The notes below the pieces were generated by a model that was not told where the DNA came from, ran no database searches, and worked only from the letters and a program-made list of their open reading frames with translations. Shown in pieces: positions 16,377 to 26,363 of a DNA stretch of 64,000 nucleotides. Each line of letters opens with the position of its first letter. The stretch's first letter is position 1. Source of the stretch: Candidatus Undinarchaeota archaeon (GTDB lineage Archaea > SpSt-1190 > DYHY01 > CAZGQF01); assembly GCA_964527545.1 (NCBI GenBank), contig CAZGQF010000003.1:1461-65460 (forward strand). The letters are read 5' to 3'. The translations under genes were made by a program, and so were the position numbers.

Positions 16377-17303
16377 ATGGGGCGGAAGCTCGAAGTTAAG
16401 AGGCTCTCCAAGAAGGTCAACGGCATCCCCATAGCAGAGGGCCTCTCCTTCTCCGTCAACGGAGGAGAGATAGTGGGACTCCTGGGGGAGAGCGGGAGCG
16501 GGAAGACCACCATTCTCAAATCGATAGCGGGGATATTGAGAAAGGATGGGGGAGAAGTTTACATCTCAAAAAACGGTGAGAAAGAGAGGCTTAAGCCGGA
16601 GCAGACAGGCTTCGTCTTCCAGAGCGAACACCTCTACGACGAACTTACAGCTTGGGAGAACGTTGAGTGCTTCACTTCGCTCTATGGCAAATTCGAGTCA
16701 GGACAGGCCGAGACTCTGCTGGAATATGTGGGGCTGGGGGAGTCCAAGCATGTCCGGGCCGGCGACCTCTCAAGCGGCCAGAGGAAGAGGCTCAACCTGA
16801 TCTGCTCGCTGACCCACGAGCCGGAGGTCCTCTTCTTTGACGAGCCGACTGCAGGGCTCGACCCCGTCTCCAAGCAGTTGATCTGGAAGATAATCAAGAA
16901 CTTGAAAGAGTTGGGCCTCCCCATCCTGATGGCCACCCACAGGTTCGCTGAGTCAGAGCTGCTCTGTGACAAGATAGCAATCCTAGAAAAAGGAAGGTTC
17001 TCCATGTTCGGCACGCCCGACCGGCTGTTGGAGGAGATGAAGGGAATCGAAGTCATAAGTTTCAAGACGGAAAAGACAGACCCGTCGAACCTGAAGGACC
17101 TCTACATGAACCTGGATGGTCTGTCTCCCGTCGTGGAGGTCCAGGTGGAGGGACGCTCTTTCACCCTCTACGTGACAGATGAGGCCCCAGTCACGGATGT
17201 CCTGAAAAAATTCAAGGAAGCAACTGGGACAGGGATCTCCGCACTTTCACGGAGGAACCCCTCACTCGAGGACGTCTTCAAGGCAAAGCTGGGGGCGAGA
17301 TGA
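16377..17303 (+). CDS. ABC transporter ATP-binding protein
   Basis: Walker A is GESGSGKTT, the signature is LSSGQRKRL, and Walker B is LFFDEPTAGLD. Confidence 0.9.
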   Translation: MGRKLEVKRLSKKVNGIPIAEGLSFSVNGGEIVGLLGESGSGKTTILKSIAGILRKDGGEVYISKNGEKERLKPEQTGFVFQSEHLYDELTAWENVECFTSLYGKFESGQAETLLEYVGLGESKHVRAGDLSSGQRKRLNLICSLTHEPEVLFFDEPTAGLDPVSKQLIWKIIKNLKELGLPILMATHRFAESELLCDKIAILEKGRFSMFGTPDRLLEEMKGIEVISFKTEKTDPSNLKDLYMNLDGLSPVVEVQVEGRSFTLYVTDEAPVTDVLKKFKEATGTGISALSRRNPSLEDVFKAKLGAR

Positions 17304-19210
17304 TGCTGAGGCTACTGAAAAAGGACCTGCTGCTATTCTTCCGCTCCGGCACCAGCACCCTATTCATAATGCTGACGCCCTTTCTTGTAATAGGTGTATT
17401 GGGGGCGGTCCTGGGCTCCGGTTTCGGGACTTTCAAGGGCATCCCCATCATGATCTGCGACTTCGATGACGGCGAACTCTCCGATGAGTTCATACAGGCG
17501 ATAATGGACTCCAATTCATTTCAGTCAGAGATTTCCAACGAGACCGGCCAGGAAGACTGCAGGAAGACTGCAATGGAAAGAATACGAAGTGGCGAACTCG
17601 ACGCAGCGATGGTTTTCCCTCAGGGGATGACCAGCAGGATGTTGTCAGGCGAAGGCCAGGTTATTGAGGTCATCACAGACTCTTCACAGACAGAAGTCTC
17701 CAACTTCGTTTCGCTCTTCTCTCAAGGTTTCACGCAATACTTGAGTTCGGAGATGCGCTCAAGATTCGTCCAGAGCTCATGGGACCGACTCAAAGAACTG
17801 GAGAAGGAACTTGAGAGAATGAATTCGACAGCCAAGGAAGCGAACGCCAGGATCGGCATTATGCTGGAACAAACAAAGGCGACACGTAAAGACCTCGACG
17901 CCGTGGACGTGGAGGGTCTCACCGGCGAAGTGGAGGCCATCAGAGAGCAGAGCAGGAAAATCGACACCATGCCGCTGGGGAGAATAAGAAACGACCTCAT
18001 CGACCTGGGGACTGCGGCCGAGAGTTCAACCTACCCCCTCTCAAGGGCGAAGTTCTTTCTCGAAAGGATCGAAAATGAGAAGCAGAACTCTATCTCTGAC
18101 ATGAGGTCCCTCGACTACGAGCTATCCTCCGCAGAGGCGCTGCTGGGGTGTCCGGAAGGCAACGAAACACTCTGCCCCCTCATTGACAACGCCAGGGACG
18201 GGATCGCCTCAAGCATAAGCGATCTGCAGAGCATGCCAACTACGGAGGCGCTTTCTGAGCTCGGGAGTGTGGAACTAGGCGACCCGGAGAGGATTGAGGA
18301 CAACGAGGAGCTAGCCAAGGAACTCGAGGAGAGCATACATGCCGCCAACCAGCGCATGGAACAGAACAACGCCTCCGTGGAGCGCCTGCTCACGGAGATG
18401 GAATCCCTCAGCCAAACCAAGCAAGAGGGGGCGGATGCCCTGGATGATGTGGAAGAGGGGCTGCTGGTGATGGAGAATGGGACCCTTGAGCTCATTTCGG
18501 CTTCAGAGATAGCTGACAACGAGATTGAACGAATAATCGAGAAGCAGCCCACCGCACTGGTCAACCCGATAACAGTTGAAGAGAACCGCCTCTTCGTCGA
18601 TGTCAGCTTTTTCGAAGCCGTTTTCCCAGCCGCTACAGCGATGATCTTGATGTTCTCAGCCATAATGCTGCCCGGCCTCTCTTTGATAAGGGAGAAACAG
18701 TGCGGGACCCTCTTGAGGGTGGCAATATCCAAGACTCCACTGAGCATCTTCCTCCTCTCGAAGATGATTTCGAACCTTGTATTGTGTCTCATCCAGTTCA
18801 CTGTCGTCGTCGCCATCGGAAAGTTCCTCCTCGGTATCAAATTCGGCGGCTCGCCGCTCCTGCTCCTCGCCAGTGTCCTCTCTTTCAGTTTCGCTTTCTC
18901 AGGGCTCGGCCTCCTTATCGGCTCGCTCTCAAAAAGCGACAACACAGTGATCCTGGCAGCGATAGCGATCACGCTCCCTTCACTCTTCCTCTCTGGGGCG
19001 ATGTTCCCCCTCGAACTGATGCCGCTGCAAGTAAGGAACCTCTCCACTCTCCTACCTCTCAGCTCTGGCGTCGAGGCTATCGAGTCGATAATGATCTACG
19101 GCGCGGGGGCGGAGCTGGTTAAGTGGCCAGTGATCAACAACCTGTCCTACGGCCTGGCCCTCTCTGCACTCTCGCTTGCAGCTATGCGGCTTTTCGGGAA
19201 GGACAAGTGA
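17300..19210 (+). CDS. ABC-2-type permease with a ~390-aa coiled-coil ectodomain (YhgE/Pip-like architecture)
   Basis: One N-terminal TM segment, a long E/L/S-rich helical region (aa ~40-440), then 5 C-terminal TM helices. There is a 4-nt overlap with the ATPase gene. Confidence 0.7.
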   Translation: MMLRLLKKDLLLFFRSGTSTLFIMLTPFLVIGVLGAVLGSGFGTFKGIPIMICDFDDGELSDEFIQAIMDSNSFQSEISNETGQEDCRKTAMERIRSGELDAAMVFPQGMTSRMLSGEGQVIEVITDSSQTEVSNFVSLFSQGFTQYLSSEMRSRFVQSSWDRLKELEKELERMNSTAKEANARIGIMLEQTKATRKDLDAVDVEGLTGEVEAIREQSRKIDTMPLGRIRNDLIDLGTAAESSTYPLSRAKFFLERIENEKQNSISDMRSLDYELSSAEALLGCPEGNETLCPLIDNARDGIASSISDLQSMPTTEALSELGSVELGDPERIEDNEELAKELEESIHAANQRMEQNNASVERLLTEMESLSQTKQEGADALDDVEEGLLVMENGTLELISASEIADNEIERIIEKQPTALVNPITVEENRLFVDVSFFEAVFPAATAMILMFSAIMLPGLSLIREKQCGTLLRVAISKTPLSIFLLSKMISNLVLCLIQFTVVVAIGKFLLGIKFGGSPLLLLASVLSFSFAFSGLGLLIGSLSKSDNTVILAAIAITLPSLFLSGAMFPLELMPLQVRNLSTLLPLSSGVEAIESIMIYGAGAELVKWPVINNLSYGLALSALSLAAMRLFGKDK

Positions 19211-19234
19211 AAAAGTCCGGACATCTGAAGAGCC

Positions 19235-19795
19235 CTAAATGTAGAGGTTGCGGACTCCCCTGAGGCGCCTGTTGCTCTCCAGGATCCCCTGGTAGGTCTT
19301 TTCCGCCTCATCGACGAGCTCCTCCATCTCTTCCGGCCGGAGCGGCTTGGCGGTCAGGATGAGTGTCCCCTTCCCTGTGGTGAGGGCAGCCCTGTCGCGG
19401 GTGAAGCGCAGGCCATTCTCTCCCGTGTAGAGGAAGTTTTCGCCACTGCCTTGCTCCTTGAAGTGGGCATCGCCGTGGATGAGGACCATCACGCCGCCGT
19501 CGAACTGGTCTTCGTAGAGCTTCGAGGCAGACTCGAGCAGGAGGTCGTAGGGCGTGCATTCGCCCTCGCAGATCTTGGGGACTCTCATGAAGGGGGCAGG
19601 GAACTCTGTCTCCCTCACGCCCTCCGTGGGGCCACCCCAGCTCTCCTGCACCTTTTTGGAGATGGGGAACTGGCAAGCATGTTGTGCGTATTCAGAGGGA
19701 GAGAAACCCAACAGCCACATCTGTGCCGCAGCCAGGCCCCTGTCCGACTCGCCGAAGTATCCCACCGTCTTGATCCTGCCCAGTATCTTGCCCAT
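19235..19795 (-). CDS. hypothetical protein (186 aa)
   Basis: ORF with normal composition. No family recognised. Confidence 0.5.
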   Translation of the reverse strand: MGKILGRIKTVGYFGESDRGLAAAQMWLLGFSPSEYAQHACQFPISKKVQESWGGPTEGVRETEFPAPFMRVPKICEGECTPYDLLLESASKLYEDQFDGGVMVLIHGDAHFKEQGSGENFLYTGENGLRFTRDRAALTTGKGTLILTAKPLRPEEMEELVDEAEKTYQGILESNRRLRGVRNLYI

Positions 19796-19882
19796 TTTAA
19801 CACCTTCAAAGTCGCAACATAAATGCGACTTATAAGATTTCCGTCCGTAAGGGTAAAATAGGATTGAAGAGGGGCTTGTAGC

Positions 19883-20752
19883 GTGAAAAGGGCTCTCATC
19901 CTCGCGCTTATGCTGCTCTCCAGCGCCTGCACCTACGTGCGGCCAGGCTCACCGCTTGGGAGCCTCGTGGAGGAGGTGGAAGAGCAGCAGAACGTCAACG
20001 CCAAGGAGGAGATGCCCGTCCTCTTCGGGAGCATATGGGAGATACCTGACCTTTCGCTGCAGGGCGTCATCTACAGGAAGGACCCTCCCCTCTCCATTGA
20101 GGGGAGGCAGACGCCCCACCAGGCCACCCTCTTCTACGAGGACGGGACAGAAGTCTCCGTGGTCACCTTCTCGCCGCTGGAGAGGCAGAAGCAGTCGCTC
20201 CCTGCAGGGAGCACTGAGACTCTCCACGGGACGACTGTCAGGTTCGGCGACAGCTGGTGCTCCTGGTTCAACGGAAGCGACCTCTATGAGATAAGCGCTC
20301 AGGACCCGCTGGCCGTGGCCAACGATTTGCTCGGCTCCGACGAGCGGCTCGACATGGACTGGAACCAGTTCCTCTGGTTCTACAAAGGCCTGCCCGATCC
20401 GCCCGAGGGGACGCACCTGCTTGAGGTCGAAGTGAGCCGCGACGGGGAGAAGAGGTTCGCAAGGGGGCTCTACTCCACAGGGGACGAGGACATTGAAGTG
20501 GAGCTGAGGCTGGCGAAAAGCGACACTTTCGAAGTGCCCTTCGAGCCCCAGATTGTGGAGGCCGCGGGAAAAGAGTTCAAAGTCGGCTACAGGGAGCAGG
20601 AATACGTCATGGTCAAGAACGGAGAGCCGGTCTCCATAGAGGCCTCCACCGACGGCGCCTACGCGATGGCCAACTACCCTTTGATGGAGAAGCTGGCCGC
20701 GGACGTGGTGCCGAGGATAGTCTCCAACCGGACGAGCGAAGCCCCTAGCTAG
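19883..20752 (+). CDS. hypothetical secreted protein or lipoprotein
   Basis: GTG start. The signal peptide MKRALILALMLLSSAC carries a Cys at the end of the hydrophobic stretch, which is lipobox-like. Confidence 0.55.
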   Translation: MKRALILALMLLSSACTYVRPGSPLGSLVEEVEEQQNVNAKEEMPVLFGSIWEIPDLSLQGVIYRKDPPLSIEGRQTPHQATLFYEDGTEVSVVTFSPLERQKQSLPAGSTETLHGTTVRFGDSWCSWFNGSDLYEISAQDPLAVANDLLGSDERLDMDWNQFLWFYKGLPDPPEGTHLLEVEVSRDGEKRFARGLYSTGDEDIEVELRLAKSDTFEVPFEPQIVEAAGKEFKVGYREQEYVMVKNGEPVSIEASTDGAYAMANYPLMEKLAADVVPRIVSNRTSEAPS

Positions 20753-21188
20753 ACGAGCGGTTGGCGTTGAGGAGATAGCGCTGGATCGCTTCCGGATCGT
20801 TGACGCTCTCTATCCTCATCTCGTAGATGTCGCTCCCCGCAGTGTTGATGACGACGTCGCCGATGTCGAGAAACCTGCCCAGGGCGCCTTTGGAGATGGA
20901 GACGTCCGTCACCTTGTCGTAGAAGATGTGCTTCCAGTCCTTGGAGAGGAGGCCCCTCTCAGCTATCACCCTGTTGTTGGTGTAGTGGTAGTTGACCGCC
21001 ATCAAAGAGACCTCCGCCGCGGCGACCGGGAGGAAAGCGAGGGCGACTCCCCACCACCTGCCCAGATAGACTGAGAAGAGAAAGACAAGCAGGGAGGCGC
21101 CGTACCAGCGGAGCTGTGTGAAGCGGGAGGGGCGGTTGGTGAAGACCACCCTCTCGCCCGGATAGAGCGTCTCCGTTATCTCGCTCAT
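20745..21188 (-). CDS. membrane protein with a bacterial-type PH domain (YdbT/DUF304-like)
   Basis: Two TM helices are followed by YTNNRVIAERGLLSKDWKHIFYDKVTDVSISKGALGRFLDIGDVVINTAG. Confidence 0.65.
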   Translation of the reverse strand: MSEITETLYPGERVVFTNRPSRFTQLRWYGASLLVFLFSVYLGRWWGVALAFLPVAAAEVSLMAVNYHYTNNRVIAERGLLSKDWKHIFYDKVTDVSISKGALGRFLDIGDVVINTAGSDIYEMRIESVNDPEAIQRYLLNANRSSS

Positions 21189-21218
21189 GGAAGAGGGACT
21201 GGCTCTCTGCTATTATGT

Positions 21219-22976
21219 TTAGCGCTCGCTTCGCTTCTTGGCAGCAGCCACCAGCTCCCTGAAGAGGGGGTTGGCGCGGAGCGGACGCGAAGTGAGCTCA
21301 GGATGGAACTGTGCGCCCACGAAGAACAGCTTGTCGGGAAGCTCCCCTATCTGCATTATCGGCGCGTCCGGGGCCTTGCCGCTGAAGACGAAGCCCTTTT
21401 TCTCAAGGGCCTCCACGTAGCCGGGGTTGATCTCGTAGCGGTGCCTGAACCTCTCCCTCGCCTTCTCGGAGCCGTAGAACTTGCGGGCGAGAGTCTCTTT
21501 CTTTATCTCGACGTCGTGCCCCCCCAGCCTCATGGTCGCTCCCACATACTCTTTCTGGAGCTGTTCTGGGAGGAGGAAGACGACAGGCTCCTCAGCCTCT
21601 TTCTCCACCTCGGTGGTGTGGGCCTCAAGGCCGCAGACGTTCCTGGCGAACTCGATTACTGCGAGCTGGAAGCCGTAGCAGATGCCGAGGAAGGGAAGGT
21701 CGTTCTCGCGCGCCACCTTGATGGCCGCTATCTTGCCCTCCACGCCCCTCGTGCCGAAGCCGCCAGGCACTATCAGGCCGTCGATCTCCTCCAGCTCCCG
21801 CCTTATCTCGTCCTCGTCGAGGCCTGTCGTCTCAACCCAGCTTATCTCCACGTCCACGTCGTTCTCAGCCCCGGCGAACTTCAGCGACTCTATTATGCTG
21901 GCGTAGGAGTCGGCGAGAGCGGTATACTTGCCAGCTATCGCTATCTTCACGCTTCCGGACGGGTTCTTTATCCCCTCCACATACTTCTCCCACGCGGAGA
22001 GGTCGAGAGAGGTGCCGTTCCATTCGAACTGCTCGCTGATCAGTTCGAGGATTCCCTGCCTGTGGAGTATGGACGGCAGCTCATAGACCGTGGAGACGTC
22101 AGGAGAGCTGATGATGCGGGAGACGGGGAGGTTGGAGAAGACTGAGAGCTTCTGTTTTATCTTCTGGTGGAGGGCGTTCTCCGACCTGCAGACTATTATG
22201 TCAGGCTGTATCCCCTGTCCCATCAATGCCTTCAGGCCGAGCTGTGCCGCCTTGCTCTTCTGCTCGCCGATGGCCTGGGGCTCCAGTATGTAGGTGACGT
22301 TGAGGAAGCAGACGTTCCGCCTCCCCTCCTCGTTGGCGAACTCCCTCATCGCCTCTATGAAGTAGGAGTTCTCTATGTCGCCTATGGTCCCGCCTATCTC
22401 CACCATCACCACGTCAGCCTCCGTCTTCACTCCGAGCTCGCGGATGAAGCGCTTTATCTCGCCGGTGACGTGGGGTATGAACTGGACGTCCCTCCCCAGG
22501 TAGCCGCCGCGCCTCTCCTTCTCTATCATCCTCTTGAAGAGCTTGCCGCTGGTGAGGTAGTTGATCTTGGAGAGGTCCTTGTCGAGAAATCGCTCGTAGG
22601 TGCCGAGGTCCATGTCGCACTCAGTTCCGTCGTCCAGCACAAACACCTCGCCGTGGCGGAATGGGTTGAGCGTCCCAGCGTCGACGTTGAGGTAGCCGTC
22701 GAACTTGATGGGAGAGACCTTCTTGCCGCACTCCTTGAGGAGACGGCCAAGGGAGGCGGAGACTATCCCCTTGCCAAGGCCGCTTATCACAGAGCCGACG
22801 ATGACGATGTACTTGGTGTCGCCGACCTTGTAGCCCTCGGGAACGGGATTGAAATCCTCGACGTCCCCCCTCTTCTTGGAGAGACTCTGCAGGACATCAG
22901 ACAAGACCGGGCACCTCAAGAGAACGCTCGAGCATAGACCGGTTTGTGGAGACAACTTAAAAGAGTTGGTCTCCAC
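21219..22976 (-). CDS. pyrG: CTP synthase
   Basis: Contains KYIVIVGSVISGLGKG and the glutamine amidotransferase domain GICYGFQLAVIEFARNV ... QFHPE. The true start is probably an internal TTG about 35-40 codons downstream of 22976. Confidence 0.95.
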   Translation of the reverse strand: METNSFKLSPQTGLCSSVLLRCPVLSDVLQSLSKKRGDVEDFNPVPEGYKVGDTKYIVIVGSVISGLGKGIVSASLGRLLKECGKKVSPIKFDGYLNVDAGTLNPFRHGEVFVLDDGTECDMDLGTYERFLDKDLSKINYLTSGKLFKRMIEKERRGGYLGRDVQFIPHVTGEIKRFIRELGVKTEADVVMVEIGGTIGDIENSYFIEAMREFANEEGRRNVCFLNVTYILEPQAIGEQKSKAAQLGLKALMGQGIQPDIIVCRSENALHQKIKQKLSVFSNLPVSRIISSPDVSTVYELPSILHRQGILELISEQFEWNGTSLDLSAWEKYVEGIKNPSGSVKIAIAGKYTALADSYASIIESLKFAGAENDVDVEISWVETTGLDEDEIRRELEEIDGLIVPGGFGTRGVEGKIAAIKVARENDLPFLGICYGFQLAVIEFARNVCGLEAHTTEVEKEAEEPVVFLLPEQLQKEYVGATMRLGGHDVEIKKETLARKFYGSEKARERFRHRYEINPGYVEALEKKGFVFSGKAPDAPIMQIGELPDKLFFVGAQFHPELTSRPLRANPLFRELVAAAKKRSER

Positions 22977-23000
22977 CAGTTGGTGACTAAAGAGACAGGA

Positions 23001-23378
23001 CTACTCCTCTTTCATCATGTCGGCCCAGTCGACCGGACTGACGAAGCCCTTGACGCCTTCGTCGCCGACCACGATTATTCCGAGCGGCTTCTCTTCGTCG
23101 ACCTGTTCCTTCACGTCCGATACGTCGTCCTCTGGGGAGACCTCTATGATGTTGTCGCTCATCGCCTCGCTCACTTCAGCCTCCGGCTCGCCCTCGACGA
23201 TGCCCTTCTTGGCCAGCATGTGAAGGTAGACGACCCCCACTGCCTCGTCGCCGTCGGTCACTATAACTTCGACCTGCTTGGGGAAGAGGTCGAGGATCTT
23301 GCGCGTGACTTCGCGGACAGTCTCGTCGGCCTGGACCAGGAGGTACTCGTCTTTGTAGTCGATGTCCTTAACCTTCAT
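23001..23378 (-). CDS. CBS-domain-like small protein
   Basis: MKVKDIDYKDEYLLVQADETVREVTRKILD... plus a second half ..SDNIIEVSPEDDVSDVKEQV...GIIVVGDEGVKGFVS, which resembles a CBS pair. A TATA-like ttatattg lies about 25 nt upstream of the ATG at 23378. Confidence 0.55.
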   Translation of the reverse strand: MKVKDIDYKDEYLLVQADETVREVTRKILDLFPKQVEVIVTDGDEAVGVVYLHMLAKKGIVEGEPEAEVSEAMSDNIIEVSPEDDVSDVKEQVDEEKPLGIIVVGDEGVKGFVSPVDWADMMKEE

Positions 23379-23453
23379 GCTGGATGTAAGCACAAACCAC
23401 AATATAAACCCTACCATCTAAAGAGATAAAAGCCGGCGGCAAGGCCTCCCGAC

Positions 23454-24719
23454 ATGTTCCAGACTCCAAAAGGCATGCGCGACTTCCTGCCCGAAGAGAT
23501 GTACGCGAGGAACGACATCATGGAGACCATCCGCAGGGTCTTCGAGCTCTACGGCTTCGTCCCCCTCCAGACGCCCGCCCTCGAGAGCGGCGAGCTCCTG
23601 ACTGCGAAGGGCGGGGAGCAGATACGCGACGAGATCTATGTCTTCAAGGACAAGGGAGGCCGGGAAGTGGGGCTTAGGTTCGACCTGACCGTGCCGATGT
23701 GCCGCGTCATCGCAGCAAATCCCCATCTAATCAAGCCCTTCAAGCGTTATGCGACAGGAATGGTGTGGCGTTACGACCAGCCACAGGCAGGGAGATTCCG
23801 TGAGTTCCAGCAGTGCGATGTGGACATAGCGGGTGTGGACTCCATCGAGGCAGACATCGAGTGCGTCGAGCTTACCGATGCGGTTATGAAATCACTCGGG
23901 TTCAAGGACTACACCATCAAGCTGAACAACAGGAAGCTCCTCCTCAAGATGGTCGAGGAGCTTGGGATAGGGGGGGAGAGGGAGGAGGACGTGATGATCT
24001 CCATCGACAAGCTGGAGAAGATTGGAAGGGAGGGCGTGATGAAGGAGCTGAAAAGCCGCGGAATCTCGAAAGAGAAAGCGGAGGAGATACTGGAGATTGC
24101 CTCCATCAAGGGCGGTCTCGAGGTCCTCGACGAGCTGGAGGAGAGGGTGGGCGACTGCGAGGGAATGAAAGAGTTGAGGGAGCTGGCCGAAGGAGTGGAA
24201 GGCCTCGGCAGGATTGAGATTGACGTGGGCATGGTCCGCGGGCTTGCCTACTACACAGGGAGCATCTTCGAGGTGAAGGGCCCGGAGAGCCTCGGCTCCC
24301 TCGCCGGGGGCGGGAGGTACGACAGGATGATAGGCCAGTTCGGCGGCGAGGAGACGCCGGCGGTGGGGATCTCGTTCGGCTTCGAGAGAATAGTGGAGGC
24401 CATGAAGCAGGAGGGACGGGTGGAGAAAAGAAAGACAAAGACGAAAGTCCTTGTCGCGCCGATCGACGAGAATTTCATGGAGGAGGGAAAGAAGGCGGTC
24501 AGGGCTTTCAGGAAGGCTGGGGTCGCCTCAGAGGTGGACTTGATGGACAGGAGCATCTCCAAGAACTTGGACTACGCCGACAGGATGGCCATACCTTTCG
24601 TCGTTCTGATTGGGGAGGAAGAGGCAAAGGCGGGAAAAGTCACGCTCAAGGAGATGGAGTCGGGAGAGCAGGAGACTGTCAGCCTGGAAGAGGCAGTCAA
24701 GAAGCTCTCAAAGTCTTAA
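23454..24719 (+). CDS. hisS: histidyl-tRNA synthetase
   Basis: Contains MFQTPKGMRDFLPEEM, motif 2 FRYDQPQAGRFREFQQCDVD, and the motif 3 region GGGRYD...GISFGFERI. Confidence 0.95.
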   Translation: MFQTPKGMRDFLPEEMYARNDIMETIRRVFELYGFVPLQTPALESGELLTAKGGEQIRDEIYVFKDKGGREVGLRFDLTVPMCRVIAANPHLIKPFKRYATGMVWRYDQPQAGRFREFQQCDVDIAGVDSIEADIECVELTDAVMKSLGFKDYTIKLNNRKLLLKMVEELGIGGEREEDVMISIDKLEKIGREGVMKELKSRGISKEKAEEILEIASIKGGLEVLDELEERVGDCEGMKELRELAEGVEGLGRIEIDVGMVRGLAYYTGSIFEVKGPESLGSLAGGGRYDRMIGQFGGEETPAVGISFGFERIVEAMKQEGRVEKRKTKTKVLVAPIDENFMEEGKKAVRAFRKAGVASEVDLMDRSISKNLDYADRMAIPFVVLIGEEEAKAGKVTLKEMESGEQETVSLEEAVKKLSKS

Positions 24720-24755
24720 GCTTCAGAACCATGGCCTTAGGATTCAGAACGGGCC

Positions 24756-24971
24756 TCAATCGACTTCCAGCCGCTCTTTCTTTCCGCCCGGCAGCTCTCG
24801 GACGACCACCATGGGTATCTTCCCCTTCTCGAACTCCTCTTCCGCCACTTCGAGCGGGTCAACGTTTGAGGACTTCATTAGCGGCGGTGCCCCCAAGGCC
24901 AGCTGGAGGGCCCTGGCACCCATAACACGCGCCTTCTCGAACTTGGTCAGCTTCTCCTCTTTCTTGGCCAC
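24756..24971 (-). CDS. rpoK: DNA-directed RNA polymerase subunit K (Rpo6)
   Basis: LTKFEKARVMGARALQLALGAPPL...DPLEVAEEEFEKGKIP is the classic Rpo6/RpoK motif. Confidence 0.85.
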   Translation of the reverse strand: MAKKEEKLTKFEKARVMGARALQLALGAPPLMKSSNVDPLEVAEEEFEKGKIPMVVVRELPGGKKERLEVD

Positions 24972-24973
24972 GC

Positions 24974-25735
24974 TCAGTCCCCCGAAGCCCTGTTTTTAAC
25001 ATTTTTCACCCTTTTCAGCTTGCCCCGCTGCAGGTCCCTCACAACCAGCTTGGCTGCGAAATCGATGTTTGGCCTGCCCCCTGAGAGGAGCTTGCCCCTC
25101 GACTCTGCCAGCTCCTTGAGAGCGGGCTTCCCCTTCTTTTCCAGGCCGTAGACCTCGGCCGCATCTGTCATCTCCAAGATCTTCAATGCCACGCCTTCCG
25201 GGTCCTTGAGGAGGTCTGGGTCGAAGGCGTTGGCCAGGGCGAGAAAGGACTCGCTCTGGTCTCCTGGGAGGACCCCGGGCGTATCGAGGAAGAGGATGCT
25301 GCCGGAGCGGATCCACTGCTCGCCCTTGGTCCAGCCAGGGACTGGTGATGTCGAGGCGACCTTTCTCCCAACCAGGACGTTGATGAGGGAGCTCTTCCCC
25401 ACGTTAGGGTAGCCGGCCACCCCCACCTTCACTGGCCTCTCGCCCTCCTCGGAGAGGATTGCGGAGCGGAGCTTCCGAGTCCCGCGCCTCTCCTTAACGG
25501 AGAAAGGGATGCACCTCTTCTCAAGACGCTTACAGAACTCCCTGACTTTCCGTTCAGGGGCGAGATCCGCCTTGTTGAGAACAAGTATGAGGGACTTCCC
25601 AGACCTCTCCACCATCCTCTCCAGCTTCTTGGAGCGGAGAGGCGTCCTGGCGTCCAAGACTTCCAGAACGACGTCGCTCTTTTTGACGACTCTCCTGACT
25701 CGTCCCCAGGGCCCCGCCCTACTCCGACGCCGCAT
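24974..25735 (-). CDS. circularly permuted ribosome-biogenesis GTPase (YlqF/RbgA-like)
   Basis: The G motifs are in permuted order. G4 (LVLNKADL) precedes G1 (GYPNVGKSSLINVL) and G3 (DTPGV). Confidence 0.8.
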   Translation of the reverse strand: MRRRSRAGPWGRVRRVVKKSDVVLEVLDARTPLRSKKLERMVERSGKSLILVLNKADLAPERKVREFCKRLEKRCIPFSVKERRGTRKLRSAILSEEGERPVKVGVAGYPNVGKSSLINVLVGRKVASTSPVPGWTKGEQWIRSGSILFLDTPGVLPGDQSESFLALANAFDPDLLKDPEGVALKILEMTDAAEVYGLEKKGKPALKELAESRGKLLSGGRPNIDFAAKLVVRDLQRGKLKRVKNVKNRASGD

Positions 25736-25913
25736 TACCGCTCAGTTTGTGAGTGATGTAGCCTGCAATCATGTTCCTCAGCCTCTTGCTCGAGGCGACC
25801 TCCATCTCGTCGAGGATCTTCTTGTTCTCCTCGAAGCCATCGCCGAACCTGTCGCTCTTCTCAATGAACTTCTCTGCGGTCCGCTTGATCAGCGTGGTCC
25901 TTATCTTTCCCAC
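25719..25913 (-). CDS. rps17e: 30S ribosomal protein S17e
   Basis: From the GTG at 25913: (M)GKIRTTLIKRTAEKFIEKSDRFGDGFEENKKILDEMEVASSKRLRNMIAGYITHK. The upstream part of the ORF-track call (to 26003) overlaps sepF and is discarded. Confidence 0.85.
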   Translation of the reverse strand: MGKIRTTLIKRTAEKFIEKSDRFGDGFEENKKILDEMEVASSKRLRNMIAGYITHKLSGNAASE

Positions 25914-25959
25914 TCTAGTACCCTCTCCAGTCGCCGGGAGGGTGGCTATAAAAGAATTG

Positions 25960-26328
25960 TCACTCCATGAACGAGCGCTCAAGCTCCACCGTCGGCGGGA
26001 CAATAATGACCCAGTTGTCGTCCAGGGCGGCGAGCTGCGAGTCTGTCGCGGTGCAGTGGGTCTTCAGCCTGTTGACTGCCCTCTTGAGCTCGCTCATGTC
26101 CTTCTCCCTCAGGGGCCGTATCTTCACGACCACCATGGTCTCGCCCGTCCGCAGGGCGCGGAGTATGTCCTCCGTGTCACCGTAGGACTCCATCACTATG
26201 AGGCGGAGCGTAAGCATCTTGCTAGCCTCTTCCGAGATGCTGGCCTCAACCAGTTCAGGCGTCTTTGACTTCTTTTCTCCCTTGGGGCCGAGAACCTTTG
26301 ACCTTAAATCTCTCAGAGTTTTCTTCAT
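25960..26328 (-). CDS. sepF: SepF-like cell division protein
   Basis: Size and pattern fit SepF/DUF552: ..IVMESYGDTEDILRALRTGETMVVVKIRPLREKDMSELKRAVNRLKTHCTATDSQLAALDDNWVIIVPPTV. Confidence 0.65.
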   Translation of the reverse strand: MKKTLRDLRSKVLGPKGEKKSKTPELVEASISEEASKMLTLRLIVMESYGDTEDILRALRTGETMVVVKIRPLREKDMSELKRAVNRLKTHCTATDSQLAALDDNWVIIVPPTVELERSFME

Positions 26329-26363
26329 GACACTCCCTCGACATCCTCACTTAAGAAGACTAT

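Noticed and set aside
20745-20752. Palindrome CTAGCTAG containing the stop codons of two convergent genes.
   Set aside because: It is a real 8-nt overlap but most simply a coincidence of two TAG stops. There is no further structure around it.
22860-22976. 40-aa N-terminal extension of PyrG as a novel domain.
   Set aside because: It is most likely an artefact of the first in-frame ATG. In-frame TTG codons closer to the conserved KYIVIVG start are more plausible initiation sites.
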